From positions 649,490,558 to 649,554,557 of the forward strand of contig NC_133619.1 in NCBI RefSeq assembly GCF_048593235.1: a DNA stretch of 64,000 bases. The letters run 5' to 3'. This DNA comes from Sminthopsis crassicaudata (lineage: Eukaryota). Under the pieces are notes generated by a model that was not told where the DNA came from, did no database searches, and saw nothing but the letters and a program-made list of their open reading frames with translations. Shown here piece by piece: positions 19,097-31,400 of this stretch. The stretch's first letter is position 1; every line of letters begins with the position of its first letter. Made by a program: the position numbers and the translations under genes.

Positions 19097-19542
19097 AACA
19101 ATGGGGATGAAAACATGTGGGGGAGACAGGGAAGGGGAGAGCCAGGCAGGCAGAGGCCCTTCTCCAGGAGGGGGGCGGGGAGGGGCCTGGGCCAGGCCTC
19201 CAAAGCCACCGGGGCCCCGAAAAGGGGAGCTCACGGAGGGTCCTGGGGAAGGCCGAGGCCGCGGGTCAGCTGACGGGCGCAGGGCTCTGGGGAACTTCGG
19301 GGAGGACAAGGCAAGGACGGTGGCGGGTCCTGGCAGGCTCAGCTTCGTCGGAGGGCCTGAGGTTCCCCAGAGGGGAGGGGGTCACTGGCCCCCAAGGGGC
19401 AGCTTGCAAAGGGGAAGGGGCGAGTCCCCGCGGTCACTCCCTGGAGGGGGGCCGTGCCATTCCCAGAGGGAGGCAGGGCGGGCGTTGCGAGCGGCAGTCC
19501 GGCGCCCGGTCCCCGCGCTGGCCGGGGGCTCAACCGTGGCCA

Positions 19543-22500
19543 TCAGAATTCCTTGGTGAATTCCCTGACGAACGTGTGGCCCATCCAGCCCCAGCCCCCC
19601 TCCGGCTGGTAGCCTCTTCCCTCCAGGAGCGCCGTGGCCCCTCGGGCCCCCACCGGGGCGGGCACGGTCAGTCTGGCCCGAGGGCCCCCCTCCTGGCGGG
19701 CCCAGGCCCGGGCTCGGGCCTCGGCGAAGGCCAGCAGCTTCGTGCCCACGCCACGTCGACGGTGCCAGCGGGCCACGGCCAGGCGGGCCACGGAGAGGCT
19801 GCCCCCGGAGGCCCCGGGGCTCAGGGCCAGAACCCCACACACGTCGTCAGAGCCCCACACGGCCACCCAGGGGCCTCCCGGGCCGCAGGGCGAGGGCAGG
19901 GAACCCCATCGCATTCGCACCATCAGCTTGAGGGCGGCCACGGCCAGGGCAACGGGCAAAAGCAGGGCCAGGGCAAAGGAGGCCAGGACAAAGCGGAGGC
20001 CGCTGCTGGCAGCGGCCAGGAGCAGGAGGGCGGGAGGCCGGGTCAGGGCGTGGAGGGCCACGCGGTTCTCTGTGTCCTTCACCCCATCCTGAAGACAAAG
20101 GGCACAGGTCAGGGGCACAAAGGAAGAGAGGGGTCCTCACTGGGGGGCACTGAAGGGCAGGGGGCGGGGAGCTAGTGAGGACTAGCCAGAGGGCTGCCCA
20201 AAAGGGACCGGGGGGGGGGTCACCAAGGACAGGGGGCTGCTGGGATGTCGGGGGCAGATCACACTCTAATGAAGCCTTACTATATGCCAGGCACTGTGCT
20301 AAGTTTCTGGGAGTCGGAAACTTTGGGAGGGAGCCTGGTGTGGACACCAGATGGAAAGATTGAAAGATCCTGGGGGGGATGGGAGAATATGGGGGTCAAT
20401 GGAGGGGCTCAGTGGGGTCTGAGGAGAAGGGGGATGGTTCCAGGGACAGAAGGGGAAGTGGAAGGGCCGGTGGGAAAGGGAGAGGGAGGGGCAGGACAAA
20501 CATTGTGGGGGAAACTGAGTCAAGGTCTGGAGGGCAGGGATCCTGCTGGGTTGGGGAGATCATGGAGGGAGTCCCAAGAGCAGGAGGATGGTGGGAAGGC
20601 CGGAGGGGAAGGGCAGGTGGCTGAGCAGAAAGAGGGGGGTCAGCACAAAGTGGGGAAGAGCCTGGTGTGGACGTGGGGAGAAGAAGGGAACCGGAAGGAG
20701 GGACTGAGAGCCAGGGAGCCAGAGGAGCCTCAAGGGAGGGAAAACAGAAGCAGGAACAGTCTGGGGAGGGGATGGTGGTAACGCTGAGGAGGAGGGCCCA
20801 GAGGAGGTCAGGAGAGGCCAGCAGCCAAGTGGAGGGAGGGCTCCTGGGGCCAGGGCCCTTCCACGGGTGCAGCTGTCAGGGCCACCCCCTCCAGCTCTCC
20901 CAGAGTCAAGCTTAGCCATTGTCCCCATCCAGGGAGCTCCGGACTTCGGGCTAGCCTCCCTCTTGTCCTGACTCTGGGCCCTCCGTGGCCAGTCTAGCTC
21001 CTGATCCGGACGGCCACCGATTCCACAGCAGGACTCATCTCCCCTGCTCTGTCCCCCGGCTCGGTGGGCTCAGCTGCTGTCTCCGGTTCCCTCGCCAGCC
21101 TGAGATGGCCATGTTCCAGCCCCAGCCCTCCTCTCCCTTGGGTTTAAAGCCCCACCCCCATTTTTCCATTTGCTCTTCTCTCTGCAGAGGCAGCAAAGTG
21201 GCTCAGTGGATAGTGCATTGAGCTCTGGGCAAGTCATTCAACCTGCTTACATCAGTTCCCTCAACTTTGAAATGGGGCCCAAGATCAAATGAGGTAATAG
21301 TTGCTTATTAATAATCAATTGATCATACGCATTTATCGCCATCCTTTCTGCATAACGGGCTGTTCCGTGAATGTGCCAGCTCCCCTCTCTGGACTGCCCC
21401 CAGCCCAGAACTCACACCCTTCACTGCTACTTCCTTGCCTTCCCAGGCGCCATCCCCCTGGTGCCTTCCCCCCATTATCTCCAGTCTCCTCTTTGCCACT
21501 CGTGGTTTGTACCACTGTCTCCTCCACTAAACTGTGAGTTCTCTTAGGACAGGGAGTAGGTTTTGTCTTGTAAACAAAAAGCTTAGCACAGGGCCTGGTT
21601 TAAATAAATGCATGCTGGCTTTGCCCACCACTCTACCCCTTTTCTAAAGCAGCCCCCCCCCTTCCCAGGCATCCCAGCTCCCAACCCCGGTCCCTCGAGC
21701 CAATCTGGTGCCGGGACGTGTTTATCCTTCCAACTATTGCTCAGATCCCAAGTTCTAAGAGGGTAATAAAGGTACCATACAAGGAAACAGATTTATCCTC
21801 TGAGGAATGAAAGAAAGCCATGGCTGGGATAGAACTAGATGAGTTTAACTCCTCCAAAGAAATAGGTTAGTGGGTAGAGCGCCGGTGCTGAAATCAGGAA
21901 GTCCTGAGTTCAAATCTGGGCCTCACATACCTAACACTTCCTAGCCATGTGACCCTGGACAAGTCACTTAGCCCCAAATGCCTTGCCAAAAAGAAAAGAA
22001 AAGTAATAAGGATGTGGCAAAGAGGCAGCACTGGGTAGGTGTTTTAACTCATTTCTTGTGAACAAACTTAATGGTCATTAGACCGAAACACTCAACATAT
22101 GAAGAATGAGAAAGAGATAAGAAGCTGCAAGCTTCTGTTCTTCCATTTCTTTTTCTGAGAAGATGGAGGTGACCCTGGATGTTGAGAAGATATCCTCATG
22201 CAGAACAGAGTGGGGAAGGATGACCGAGTAGTTGGGGGAAGGTAGCCAGAGGAAAAGACAGGGATGTTAGCATTGGAGTATATGTACTAGAGACCATCTG
22301 GCCAGAAGAAGACCTTAGATAAATGGCTTGGGAAACAGGTGACAAGCCAGATGTAAGGCAAGCGACAGTAACGATGAGAGACTTACAAGATTCAGATATC
22401 TGTTAAAGCTTTCTCTCCCTCTCTTCTCTTCTCTTCTGTTTCTCCCTCCATCCTTCTTCCCCCACCCTTTACCAAAAGGAGATCAGCTGCTGCTGTTCTT

Positions 22501-25500
22501 GATTTGCTTATTGATCATTTCATCCTCTTCAAAGGTAGAAGAATGAACAAGGAGAAAACTGAATATTATTCTCAGTAACCGGGGATGGAGTAATTATTCA
22601 GTAATAGCAGCTGGAGAAGAAATGGCAGAAATCCAGGGCAAAGTAAACATTCCACCTGAGCAGAAGGAAGGTAGGTATAGATTGGAATGAAGGGCTACGT
22701 TTCAGAAAAGCAGAGTCAAAATGATTCCAAAGAAGGCTAGGATGCCGGGGACTAAAATGTTCCAGACAAATCAGCCCAGATAGGATGGGAGATGCTCAAC
22801 AAGGAAGCTCTGAAGACATGAATGGCCATTCAAGTAAGGAAGAAAAATAAGGTTTGTTGGAGAACACACTGGATGCACAGGGAACTCACTACCCAATCTT
22901 GATTCTGGGGGCAGCTAGGTGGCACAGTGGATAGAGCACCAGCCTTGAATTCAGGAGGACCCGAGTTCAAATCTGGTCTCAGACACAACACTTCCTAGCT
23001 GTGTGACCCTGGGCAAGTCACTTAATCCCAGCCTAAAAAAAAAAAAACAAAAAAAAAAACAAAAAAAAAAAAACACAAGAGAATCTAGATTCTGGGAAGG
23101 CACATACAGGAACAAGCAAACAAGGCCAGGAGACAGATATGAATGGTAGAATCTGATACCAGGCTCAAGAATGCTAAAGCTCAGAATGGCCTGAGGCTGA
23201 GAAAGGGAGCTAAGGTAACCAAAAAGGGCTCCTTTGCTTATATTGGGAGGAGGGAGCTTGCTGGGAGTGGTTAGGACCACTAGCTGGCAGCAGAGAGAAG
23301 AGCTGCTCTTTTTTTTCTGCCAAGGAGAATGACTTTGGGAACAAAAGGTCACACATGACGGTGGAAGAGTTAAGCCTCAAGATGACTAAGGAAATAGCTG
23401 CCCTTGATGAACTCCATTCTTGAGTCCTGAAAGGGGTGGAAATGGGAGGTGTTTTAAGACCAAAGAGGGCAATGATTTTCCAAAAAGGGGAGAAAACAGA
23501 ATTTGAGCATGATAAGCCAAGAGCTTGATTTTGATTTCTAAAACATTTCTAGAACAGTTCACTGAAGGGATGGAATCTCAAAAAGGGAATAATAGGGATT
23601 ATAGAGAGCTAATAATGCTTCATCAAGAACATCAAAAACATGTCATAATCTGATATCCATGATATACAGAAAATGGATTCAAAGGTCACACAGCTAGGAA
23701 GTGTTAAGTGTCTGAGACCAGATTTGAACTCAGGTCCTCCTGAATTCAAGGCTGGTGCTCTATCCACTGCGACACCTAGCTGCCCCCTGGATTCAAATTC
23801 CTAAGAAAAAATAGGTACAGAAATAAAGTGAAATCATATTTGTAAAGCACTTAGCACAGTGCCTGGAACATAGGAGATGCTATATAAAAGCTGATTCTCT
23901 TCTTTTTTTCCTTTTCCCTCAAAAGATTTGAAGAGTTCATTTTCTAAAGAAGAAATCTATCAACAGACACATGCACAAAATGTCCCAAATAATTCTTAAT
24001 CAGAGAAATGCAAATTAAAATAACTGTGACGTTCTACTTCAGACTCATCAGATTGACAAAGAAGACCAAAAAGGAAAATGATAAATGCCGGAGGGGTTCA
24101 GGGAAAATAGGCACTGGGTATACTAGGTGTACTGGAGGAATGGGTGTGGCCATTCTGGAAAGGAATTTAAATTATATCCCCCCAAATCATTACATTGTGC
24201 CTGAGTGAAAAGGGAAACTGAGGACTTCTCAGAATAATAACTGTGGAGCAGTACCAAAGATCTGTTAATCATTAAGGCTCTGGGAAGAAGAGCAAAAGAC
24301 TTGTTCTTCTAGCAGAAATAACTGAGATAACCTCCTGAACCTTTACTTAAATGCTTAGAGAAGGATCTCAGTATTTAATGGCCTGGAGCTATTGGAGAAG
24401 TCTACAAACTGGTTGATCTCTATTTGTTGATTGAGAAAATCCAGTGGAAAACCAAGTCTGCTTAGACTATTTTAATTGATTATTAACCTTAGAAGCAGAA
24501 CAGACTCTTTCTTTTGAAGCAAGTCTTGCATAACCAAGCCCCTCTTGCCACAAAAGCCCACCTATATTCCAGGAATAAAGGTTGAGTTTGCCAATGATTT
24601 TAGGAGGATTAACAGGAGTGGGTGGGCGAAGAGTTTCTGTCATTTTTTTTTTCTCTCACTGACCATTTAAATTATCTCACAGTCTTTGTGAACCCTCTGA
24701 GACTCGAGTGAGAGGACTGATCCTAATAAAACTTCTGTTCTTCACTTTGAGATATCTCTGAGCATTTTTGAATTGGGGTTTGCCGCACCACACATGCCTA
24801 TCATTGAACTCATCTATACCACTATGAGATCCACAAGAAAAATGGATCCATTAGTGCATTAATATTTGTAGCTCTTTTTGTTATAGTGAAGAACTGGAAA
24901 TGAAAGGTGCCCTTTAATTAAGGAATGACTGGACAAGTTATGATACGTGAATGTACTGGGATATTAATGTAGCATTAGAAATGCCTAAAGAAAGATTTTC
25001 AGAGAAACCTGGAAAGAATCTATACAGAGGAAAGTGAACAGAACCTGGAGAACACAATACAATAACTACAATAACAACAAATTTATAAAGGATTTAAGAA
25101 TTCTGATCAATGCAATCAATGCAGTGACCAACCATAATTCGGATAATCCCCTGAGGAAGCTTGAGACTGCCCTCCTGCCAGAGAGCACATGGACTCCGGG
25201 TACAGAATGGGATGGACATTTTCAGACTCAGTCAGATTCACATGGATTTTGTNNNNNNNNNNNNNNNNNNNNNNNNNNNNNNNNNNNNNNNNNNNNNNNN
25301 NNNNNNNNNNNNNNNNNNNNNNNNNNNNNNNNNNNNNNNNNNNNNNNNNNNNNNNNNNNNNNNNNNNNNNNNNNNNNNNNNNNNNNNNNNNNNNNNNNNN
25401 NNNNNNNNNNNNNNNNNNNNNNNNNNNNNNNNNNNNNNTAGCCCAGTGATAAGATTACCAAAATTTTAAAAAGAAAAGTGGTCATTACAGATTTTTACCA

Positions 25501-27453
25501 TCATTTTTAGGGAGACAAAATGCTTAAAATGACAGCCCAAGAGAGTGCTGCAAATCTAGCTTAGGAAGCATTACGTAAAACAGCTCGTGCTATGTTGCAG
25601 CAAAGAAGGAAAAGTGTGGGATGGGTTTAGAGCTAACTGGATGATGGGATTCAACAAGCAGCTGTTTGTAGTTTAACAAAAACAGGCAAAAAGTCTCCAG
25701 GGGAGTGCCCGGGAGATCTGGATTGGGCTCCAGGCTATTTCAGCTCTGACTTGGGTAAAGGGACTGTACACTCTTTAAATGAGACACCCCAAGGTGAGGG
25801 AGAGATCGGCAGCGTGTAGGATGATGCTCAGGATCCAAGAGGTTCTGATGGGTTCAAAAATGGGGCTTGCACTCAGAAGATGGAATTCAGTTGGGATCAA
25901 TGTAAAATCATTGCCTTAATGGAATAATGGTCAGAAAGATAGGGGGGGGGGAGCAGCATGGTTAGATGGCAGTATGTCAGAAAAAGATCCAGGGTGCTTG
26001 GTGAACCACAAGCTCAAAGGAAGTCAGCAGGAGGGATGTGGAGGAAACAAATACATCTGGGCTTTGTGGGGAGAGCGGAGGACCAGGGAGAAGGTGATAA
26101 TCCCGGGTGCTCTGCTCATCTGGACAAGATTTCATCTACTGTATTTGGCCCCATTGACACCCTGTTAAAGAAGAGGAGGTCCCAATTCCAGGCAACCAGG
26201 AATGGTGGAGGGCCTCCAGGCCCCTAGGGACATTTAACCCAGAAAAGGGAAGGTGAGCAGAGCAGTTAAGGCTGGGCAGGAAAGCTGCCCAAAAGCTGAT
26301 TCGGGCTCCCCGACAAGCCCCTGCTTGGCTCCCCAGGAGGAGGCAGGGTGCCCCCCTCATGGGGTCTTTCCACTTTTCTGGAGAGTCCCAGGGAATGGGG
26401 CCCTGGATCCCCAGACCCCTCTTCTCCTCTCCTCTCCCCAGGCCACAAGCCTCTCAATGACCTTCTCCATCCTGCTCAGGTGTCACTCTGCCCCGTGCTG
26501 GCACAAGGACTTTCCAGAACTGTCATCCCCTATCCCAGTGTCCAGCTACTCTCTATAGACTGGGAGGGTCGAGACTTTGGGGTTTGGTAGTTAAAGCCCT
26601 TCCCAATGGGGCATCAAGCCACAGCTTCCCCCCACTTGAGTCACCCTGCACAAACTGCGGCTCCCAGAAGGCCAGTTCCTGCCTCCTTACCCTTGCCCAG
26701 GCTGCTCCTCTCTCCTGGGACTCCCCCTCCCTCCCTCAGACTCAGCTCTAGCCCAGAGCCCCGCAAGGCCTTTCACCCTTCTAACCTTTGTTACTTTGTA
26801 GCTACTTTCACCCTTCTAACCTTTGTTACTTTGTAGTTACTTTCGCTACTTTGTAGCGTCGGCCGGGAAAGTAAGGCAGGTTGGGGGCGGGGCAGAGGCG
26901 CGAGTGTAGGGGGTGGGGGTGGGGAGAAGAGTCCGCTGGGGTCTAGTCCCGTAGCCCTTACCTAGCACCGTGCCTGGCTCAAAGGGGACGCAATGAATGA
27001 ATGGCGCTATAGGGCCAACATGTTAAGAGGCTGGAGTGGGGGAGGGCTTTAAATACCCTGTGGGTGAGGGGCGGGTTGGGCCTCTGGAAGGACTGTGTGT
27101 GTGGGGGGGGAGCAGTATATGGCAAGGATTTGTGGGTTTATGGGGAGGGACTGGAGAGAATTGGGGGCAGGGAATAGACCTGGTTCATCCACATGGGGGG
27201 AAGGGCTGCAGCAGGCCCTGGGGCCCATGGTCACTTTGTGGGGGGGCCCGGTGGGGACACGTGGAAATCAGAGGACTGTCTGCCTTAGGGTAGATCCAGG
27301 GCTCGGGCTGGGGTGGGGGGGCTACCTAGCCCGTTCCCCTCCCCCTCCCTTCTCTTCCCCCCCGTCCCCCATGCCTTAGACCTTCAGCAGCTCCACGACG
27401 AGGGCTTTCTCTTCCTCCCGCATCTGCCTCACGGACAGGTGGTCGGGGGCCAT
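19543..27453 (-). CDS. NAT14: N-acetyltransferase 14 (membrane GNAT-family acetyltransferase), 205 aa
   Basis: Coding exon 27382-27453 gives MAPDHLSVRQMREEEKALVVELLK (donor GTCTAA; this exon's acceptor is at 27491). Coding exon 19543-20088 gives DGVKDTENRVALHALTRPPALLLLAAASSGLRFVLASFALALLLP...WHRRRGVG...REFTKEF*. It has a hydrophobic segment and the GNAT motif A (RRRGVG), and matches recalled human NAT14. Confidence 0.93.
21190..21300 (+). mobile_element. MIR-like CORE-SINE fragment
   Basis: gtggctcagtggatag...ctgggcaagtcattcaacc...cagttccctcaactttgaaatgggg...gatcaaatgaggtaat. Confidence 0.6.
21870..21995 (+). mobile_element. marsupial CORE-SINE (WSINE1-like)
   Basis: gtgggtagagcgccggtgctgaaatcaggaagtcctgagttcaaatctgg...ctagccatgtgaccctggacaagtcactt followed by an A-rich tail. 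Confidence 0.75.
22910..23081 (+). mobile_element. full-length marsupial CORE-SINE (WSINE1-like) with poly(A) and TSD
   Basis: Head ggggcagctaggtggcacagtggatagagcacc and a poly(A) tail, flanked by aatct(t/a)gattctggg at 22895-22909 and 23082-23096. Confidence 0.9.
23683..23787 (-). mobile_element. WSINE1-like SINE, reverse orientation
   Basis: Reverse complement of the same SINE head, flanked by tggattcaaa direct repeats. Confidence 0.85.
23920..25080 (+). mobile_element. L1 LINE fragment (ORF2 3' end and 3' UTR), split by an LTR
   Basis: aatcagagaaatgcaaattaaaataact...cagattgacaaag...gaaaatgataaatgccggagggg and gtagctctttttgttatagtgaagaactggaaa are typical of the L1 ORF2 C-terminal region. 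Confidence 0.75.
24202..24794 (+). mobile_element. ERV solo LTR (593 bp, 4-bp TSD, ERV1-like)
   Basis: TG at 24202 and CA at 24793-24794, a perfect TGCC target-site duplication (24198-24201 and 24795-24798), and AATAAA at 24725-24730. Confidence 0.8.
25253..25438. other. assembly gap (N run)
   Basis: 186 Ns. Confidence 1.
26771..26856. repeat. 35-bp tandem duplication plus a partial copy
   Basis: tttcacccttctaacctttgttactttgtag(c/t)tac starting at 26771 and 26806. Confidence 0.9.
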
Positions 27454-28382
27454 ATCACCCCTGCGGCCCTGGGAGCTGAAGGTCCTTCCACCTGCGGGAG
27501 AACGGGAGGGAACGCCTCCCCCCGCAGATTCGGCAATGGTTCCTTCCTCAGTTGTCCTCCCCCTCCCTTTGGAGATAATAGTAGCTCCCTCAGCGACCTC
27601 CTCTGCTGCCCTCGACCCCCCTTCAGCAATGGAATTGTCCGGGCGTACACGTTCCCTCCACCTCAGCGAGAATTGGTCTCACCCTCCCCGCCCCTGCAGG
27701 GGCCGGCCAGCTCTCCCACCAGACCCGAGTCGACCGGCCCTTCTCAGGGCCCCGCCTCCGTTCATCTTGGGGAGGGCACTTAGGAACGGACGGAATATTC
27801 CATTCTGGACGTGGGGGGGGTGGTTCTGCCTGATGAAAAGGAAGGGGTCAGCTGGAAAAGCTGCAGCATCTCTGATCACCATCCCAGGCCATCTCTGGCG
27901 CTGGAGCCAAACTGGTGCTTTGAGATCCCCTACACCCAGCCTCCATTTTACAGAGAAGCAAACTGAGGCCCAGCAGGGCAGGGATGCCCCAAGAAACACC
28001 TTGCCCACAGTCCCAGGGCAAGTTGTGAAGGGGCAGGTTGGGGGGGTGCCCCGAGCCTGGAGAGGGATGCAGCACTCACCTGCCTCACCATCCCTTCCTG
28101 TCCTGGGCATTGGGGTTGCTAGGCAACTCCCTGAGGGAGCTCATTGGCTCTGGCCAGGAAGGGGGGGAGTGCCCCAGGCAGCCAGGGTGATCTGCCCCCA
28201 CCCCCTGGAAGGACAGAACCGCAGGCCTTAGAGTTGAACTATTTATTTTACAGACTGGGAAACGGAGGCCCAGGCAGGGCAGGGTGCAGCCGGGGTGTCC
28301 CGAGGGGAAGGCTGGCCAGCGCCGGCCCCGGTGCCCGCTCCCAATGAAGACGACCAGGGGAGAGGGGCGGAAGAGATCTCTC

Positions 28383-28388
28383 TTTATT
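28383..28388 (-). terminator. polyadenylation signal of ZNF628
   Basis: TTTATT on the plus strand, about 50 nt downstream of the ZNF628 stop. Confidence 0.75.
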
Positions 28389-28436
28389 GGTACATGGGCC
28401 CCCAGCCGAGGCCGAGATGTGGAGGCCGGCCGGTGC

Positions 28437-31400
28437 TCAGAAGGTGTGTACCAGCTGCACGGCCGGCAGGGCCTGCACAATGTGAATGGAAGGCAAAGCT
28501 GGCTGGCCAGCCGTGCCCACAGGCCCGGGCCCTGAACCAGGGACCACCTGGACCACCTGGGAGCTGGGCCCGGGAGGAGCCCCGGGTGCCGGGCTGGGTG
28601 GAGGGGCCAGCAGCTGGAGCGGGGGGCCCGGCACGCTCTCCACCAGGTCTGAAGGAGCCGAGGGGGCGCTACGGATGATGAGAAGTTTCTGACCCTGGGG
28701 GCCCGGGGTGGGCGACTCTGCCAGGCCCGGGGAGAGGGTCTCGACCCCCTGCACGCAGAGCCGGGTCTGCTCGCCATCGGCCCCACTCAGTACCAGGACA
28801 CTCTGCAGGCCCTCCGCCGTCTGCAAAGTCTCAAAGTGCACGTCCTGGACTACGGCTCCTCCACTACCCCCGCCCCCATCACCGGAGCCCCCTTCTCCAC
28901 CGGGCCCGGGGCCAGCCAGCAGCTCCTCCCCCGCCCCACCCTGCACCACAAAGAGATTGGGACCCTCTGCTGGCCCACCGGCTCCCCCGGGGCTGGCCAG
29001 TGGGCCGGCCACCGGCTGGAGCTGCAGGGAAACATCTGGGGTGGGGGGCAATGGCTGCAGCTGGACCGTGGTGACTTCCTGGGACGTTTGAAGGGGCTGC
29101 AGCTGGACTGTGGTGACTTCCTGTGCCGGCTGGAGGGGCTGCAGCTGGACCGTGGTGACTTCCTGTGCCGGCTGGAGGGGCTGCAGCTGGACCGTGGTGA
29201 CTTCCTGTGCCGGCTGGAGGGGCTGAAGCTGGACCGTGGTGACTTCCTGTGCTGGCTGGAGAGGCTGCAGCTGGACCGTGGTGACTTCTTGGGCCGGCTG
29301 AAGGGGCTGCAGCTGGACCGTGGTCACTTCCTGGGTGGGCTGCAGCTGGACAGTGGTCACTTCCTGGGTGGGCTGCAGCTGGACCGTGGTCACTTCCTGG
29401 GTGGGCTGTAGTTGGACCGTGGTCACTTCCTGTGCTGGCCGGAGAGACTGCAGCCGAACCCCACTTGTTTCCTGCGGCCCTATCTCTCCACCGGCCACGC
29501 TCTGTAGGACAATGAGACTCTGCCCCCCGCCTCCGGAGATGTTGCCCCCACTTCCCTGTCCCCCAACCGGCCCGGGACCCGGGAGCCAGACCATCCCAGG
29601 CGCTTGGTCTGCCTTCCCACTGTTCTTTGGACCCTTCCGGGACCTAGCCCCAGAGGCGGGCAGCAGGATGACCTTGGGTGGGGCTGGTGGAGGGGGAGGT
29701 GGCGTGGGTCTCGGGGGCTGGACGCTGCTGGGGATGAGCTGGAGCCCCTGGGCCGTCTGCACTAGCAGGAAGGTCTGTGAATTGGCTGGGTTGGCCGGGC
29801 CTGGCCCCGCCTCCAGCGACAGGGTGGCCTGAAGGTGGGGCACGACGTGGACATCCTGGGTGGCAGTGGGAGCCGCAGCCGTGGCCGGGGGGACCGTGGC
29901 CGGGGGGGCCGGGGCGTGCGTCCGGAGGTGGCGCTGGAGGTAGGCGGCCATGACGAAGCCCCGGCCGCAGACGGTGCAGGCGAAGGGCCTCTCGGCGGAG
30001 TGGGTACGCTGGTGCAGGAGCAGGTTGGAGGAGTGCGTGAAGGTCTTGGGGCAGAGCGGGCAGCGGAAGGGCCGCTCGCCCGTGTGCACCCGCTGGTGTT
30101 GCCGCAGGTTGGAGGTCTGCGCGAAGCTCTTGCCGCAGACGCCGCAAGAATGCGGCCGCTCGCCCGTGTGCACGTGCCGGTGGCGCCGCAGGCAGGAGGT
30201 GTTGCGGAAGGCCTTGCCGCACTCGGCGCAGGGGTAGGGCCGCTCGCCCGAGTGCAGGCGCAGATGGTACTGGTAGTGGGAGCTCCACTTGAAGGTCAGG
30301 CCGCACTGGGCGCAGGTGAAGGCGCGCAGGCCCGTGTGGACCCGCTGGTGGATGGCCAGCAGGGATGACCGCTTGAAGGCTTTGCCGCATTCCCCGCAGG
30401 GGTAGGGCCGCTCACCTGTGTGGTCACGCATGTGATAGCGCAGTCCCGAGGAGCCCTTGAAGGCCTTGCCACACTCGGCGCACTTGTAGGGCCGATCACC
30501 CGGGGGCGCCGGGGCCGGACCTGGGGCCGGGGCCTCCTGCGGGCAGGTGACCTCGGCCGCCTCGGCCTGCGGCAGCGGCCGCCCAGCCGCCGCCTCCTCG
30601 GCGTGGGCCCGCTGGTGGGCCAGTAGGCTGGCCAGCTGGGGGAAGGCCCGGTCGCAGCCGCCACAGCGGTAGGAGGGCGCCGTGGCGGCCGGCCCGTGGC
30701 TCTGCTGGTGCCGAGACAGGCCGGCGGCCGTCTTAAAGGCTTTGCCACAGGGTGAGCAGGTGAAGGGGGCGGGCTGGGCAGCGGCCGCCTCCACCCCGGG
30801 CCCCGGGCACGGCTGGTGCTCCAGGAGGAGGGTCTCGCTGGCGAAGGCCAGCTCACAGCCCCCACAGCGATAGACCAGCTCCACGGTGGTCTCGGCCGCT
30901 GCTAGGAAGAGCTCGGGGACCACGGGGGGTGGAGGGGGTGGGGGCAGCGGCGGAGGGGGGGCCTCGGAGGCATGTGTCTGCAGGTGGCGCTGAAGGTAGG
31001 CATCAGAGGCAAAGACCTTGCCGCAGGGCTCGCAGCGGTGGGCGGAGGCCGTGGCCGCGGCCGGCCCGTGGGTGCGCTGGTGCAGGAGCAGGTTGGAGGA
31101 GTGCGTGAAGGTCTTGGGACACGCCGGGCAGCGGAAGGGCCGCTCGCCCGTGTGCACCCGCTGGTGCTGCCGCAGGTTGGTGCTCTGGGTGAAGCTCTTG
31201 CCGCAGACGCCGCAGGGGTAGGGCCTCTCGCCCGTGTGCACGTGCCGGTGCCTGCGGAGGCTGGACGAGTTCTTGAAGGCCTTGGGGCAGTCCGGGCAGG
31301 GGTAGGGCCGCTCGCCCGTGTGCTGGCGCAGGTGGTACTGGTAGTGGGAGCTCCACTTGAAGGCCAGGCCGCACTGGGCGCAGGTGAAGGCGCGCAGGCC

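Larger units (their letters stand above)
22000..26330 (+). mobile_element. highly decayed L3/CR1 LINE, interrupted by younger SINEs, an L1 fragment, an LTR and a gap
   Basis: 23460-23560 resembles the CR1 RT N-terminus (KKG...NYRPVSLTS...KILEQ-like, degenerate). 25870-26030 (gatggaattcagttgggatcaatgtaaaatc...gaaaaagatccagggtgcttggtgaaccacaagctca) resembles the CR1/L3 3' ORF2. Recognised by pattern only. Confidence 0.5.

Noticed and set aside
22910-23040. tRNA-like A/B boxes (gtggatagagc...gagttcaaatc)
   Set aside because: These are SINE heads with a CORE body, poly(A) and TSDs, not tRNA genes.
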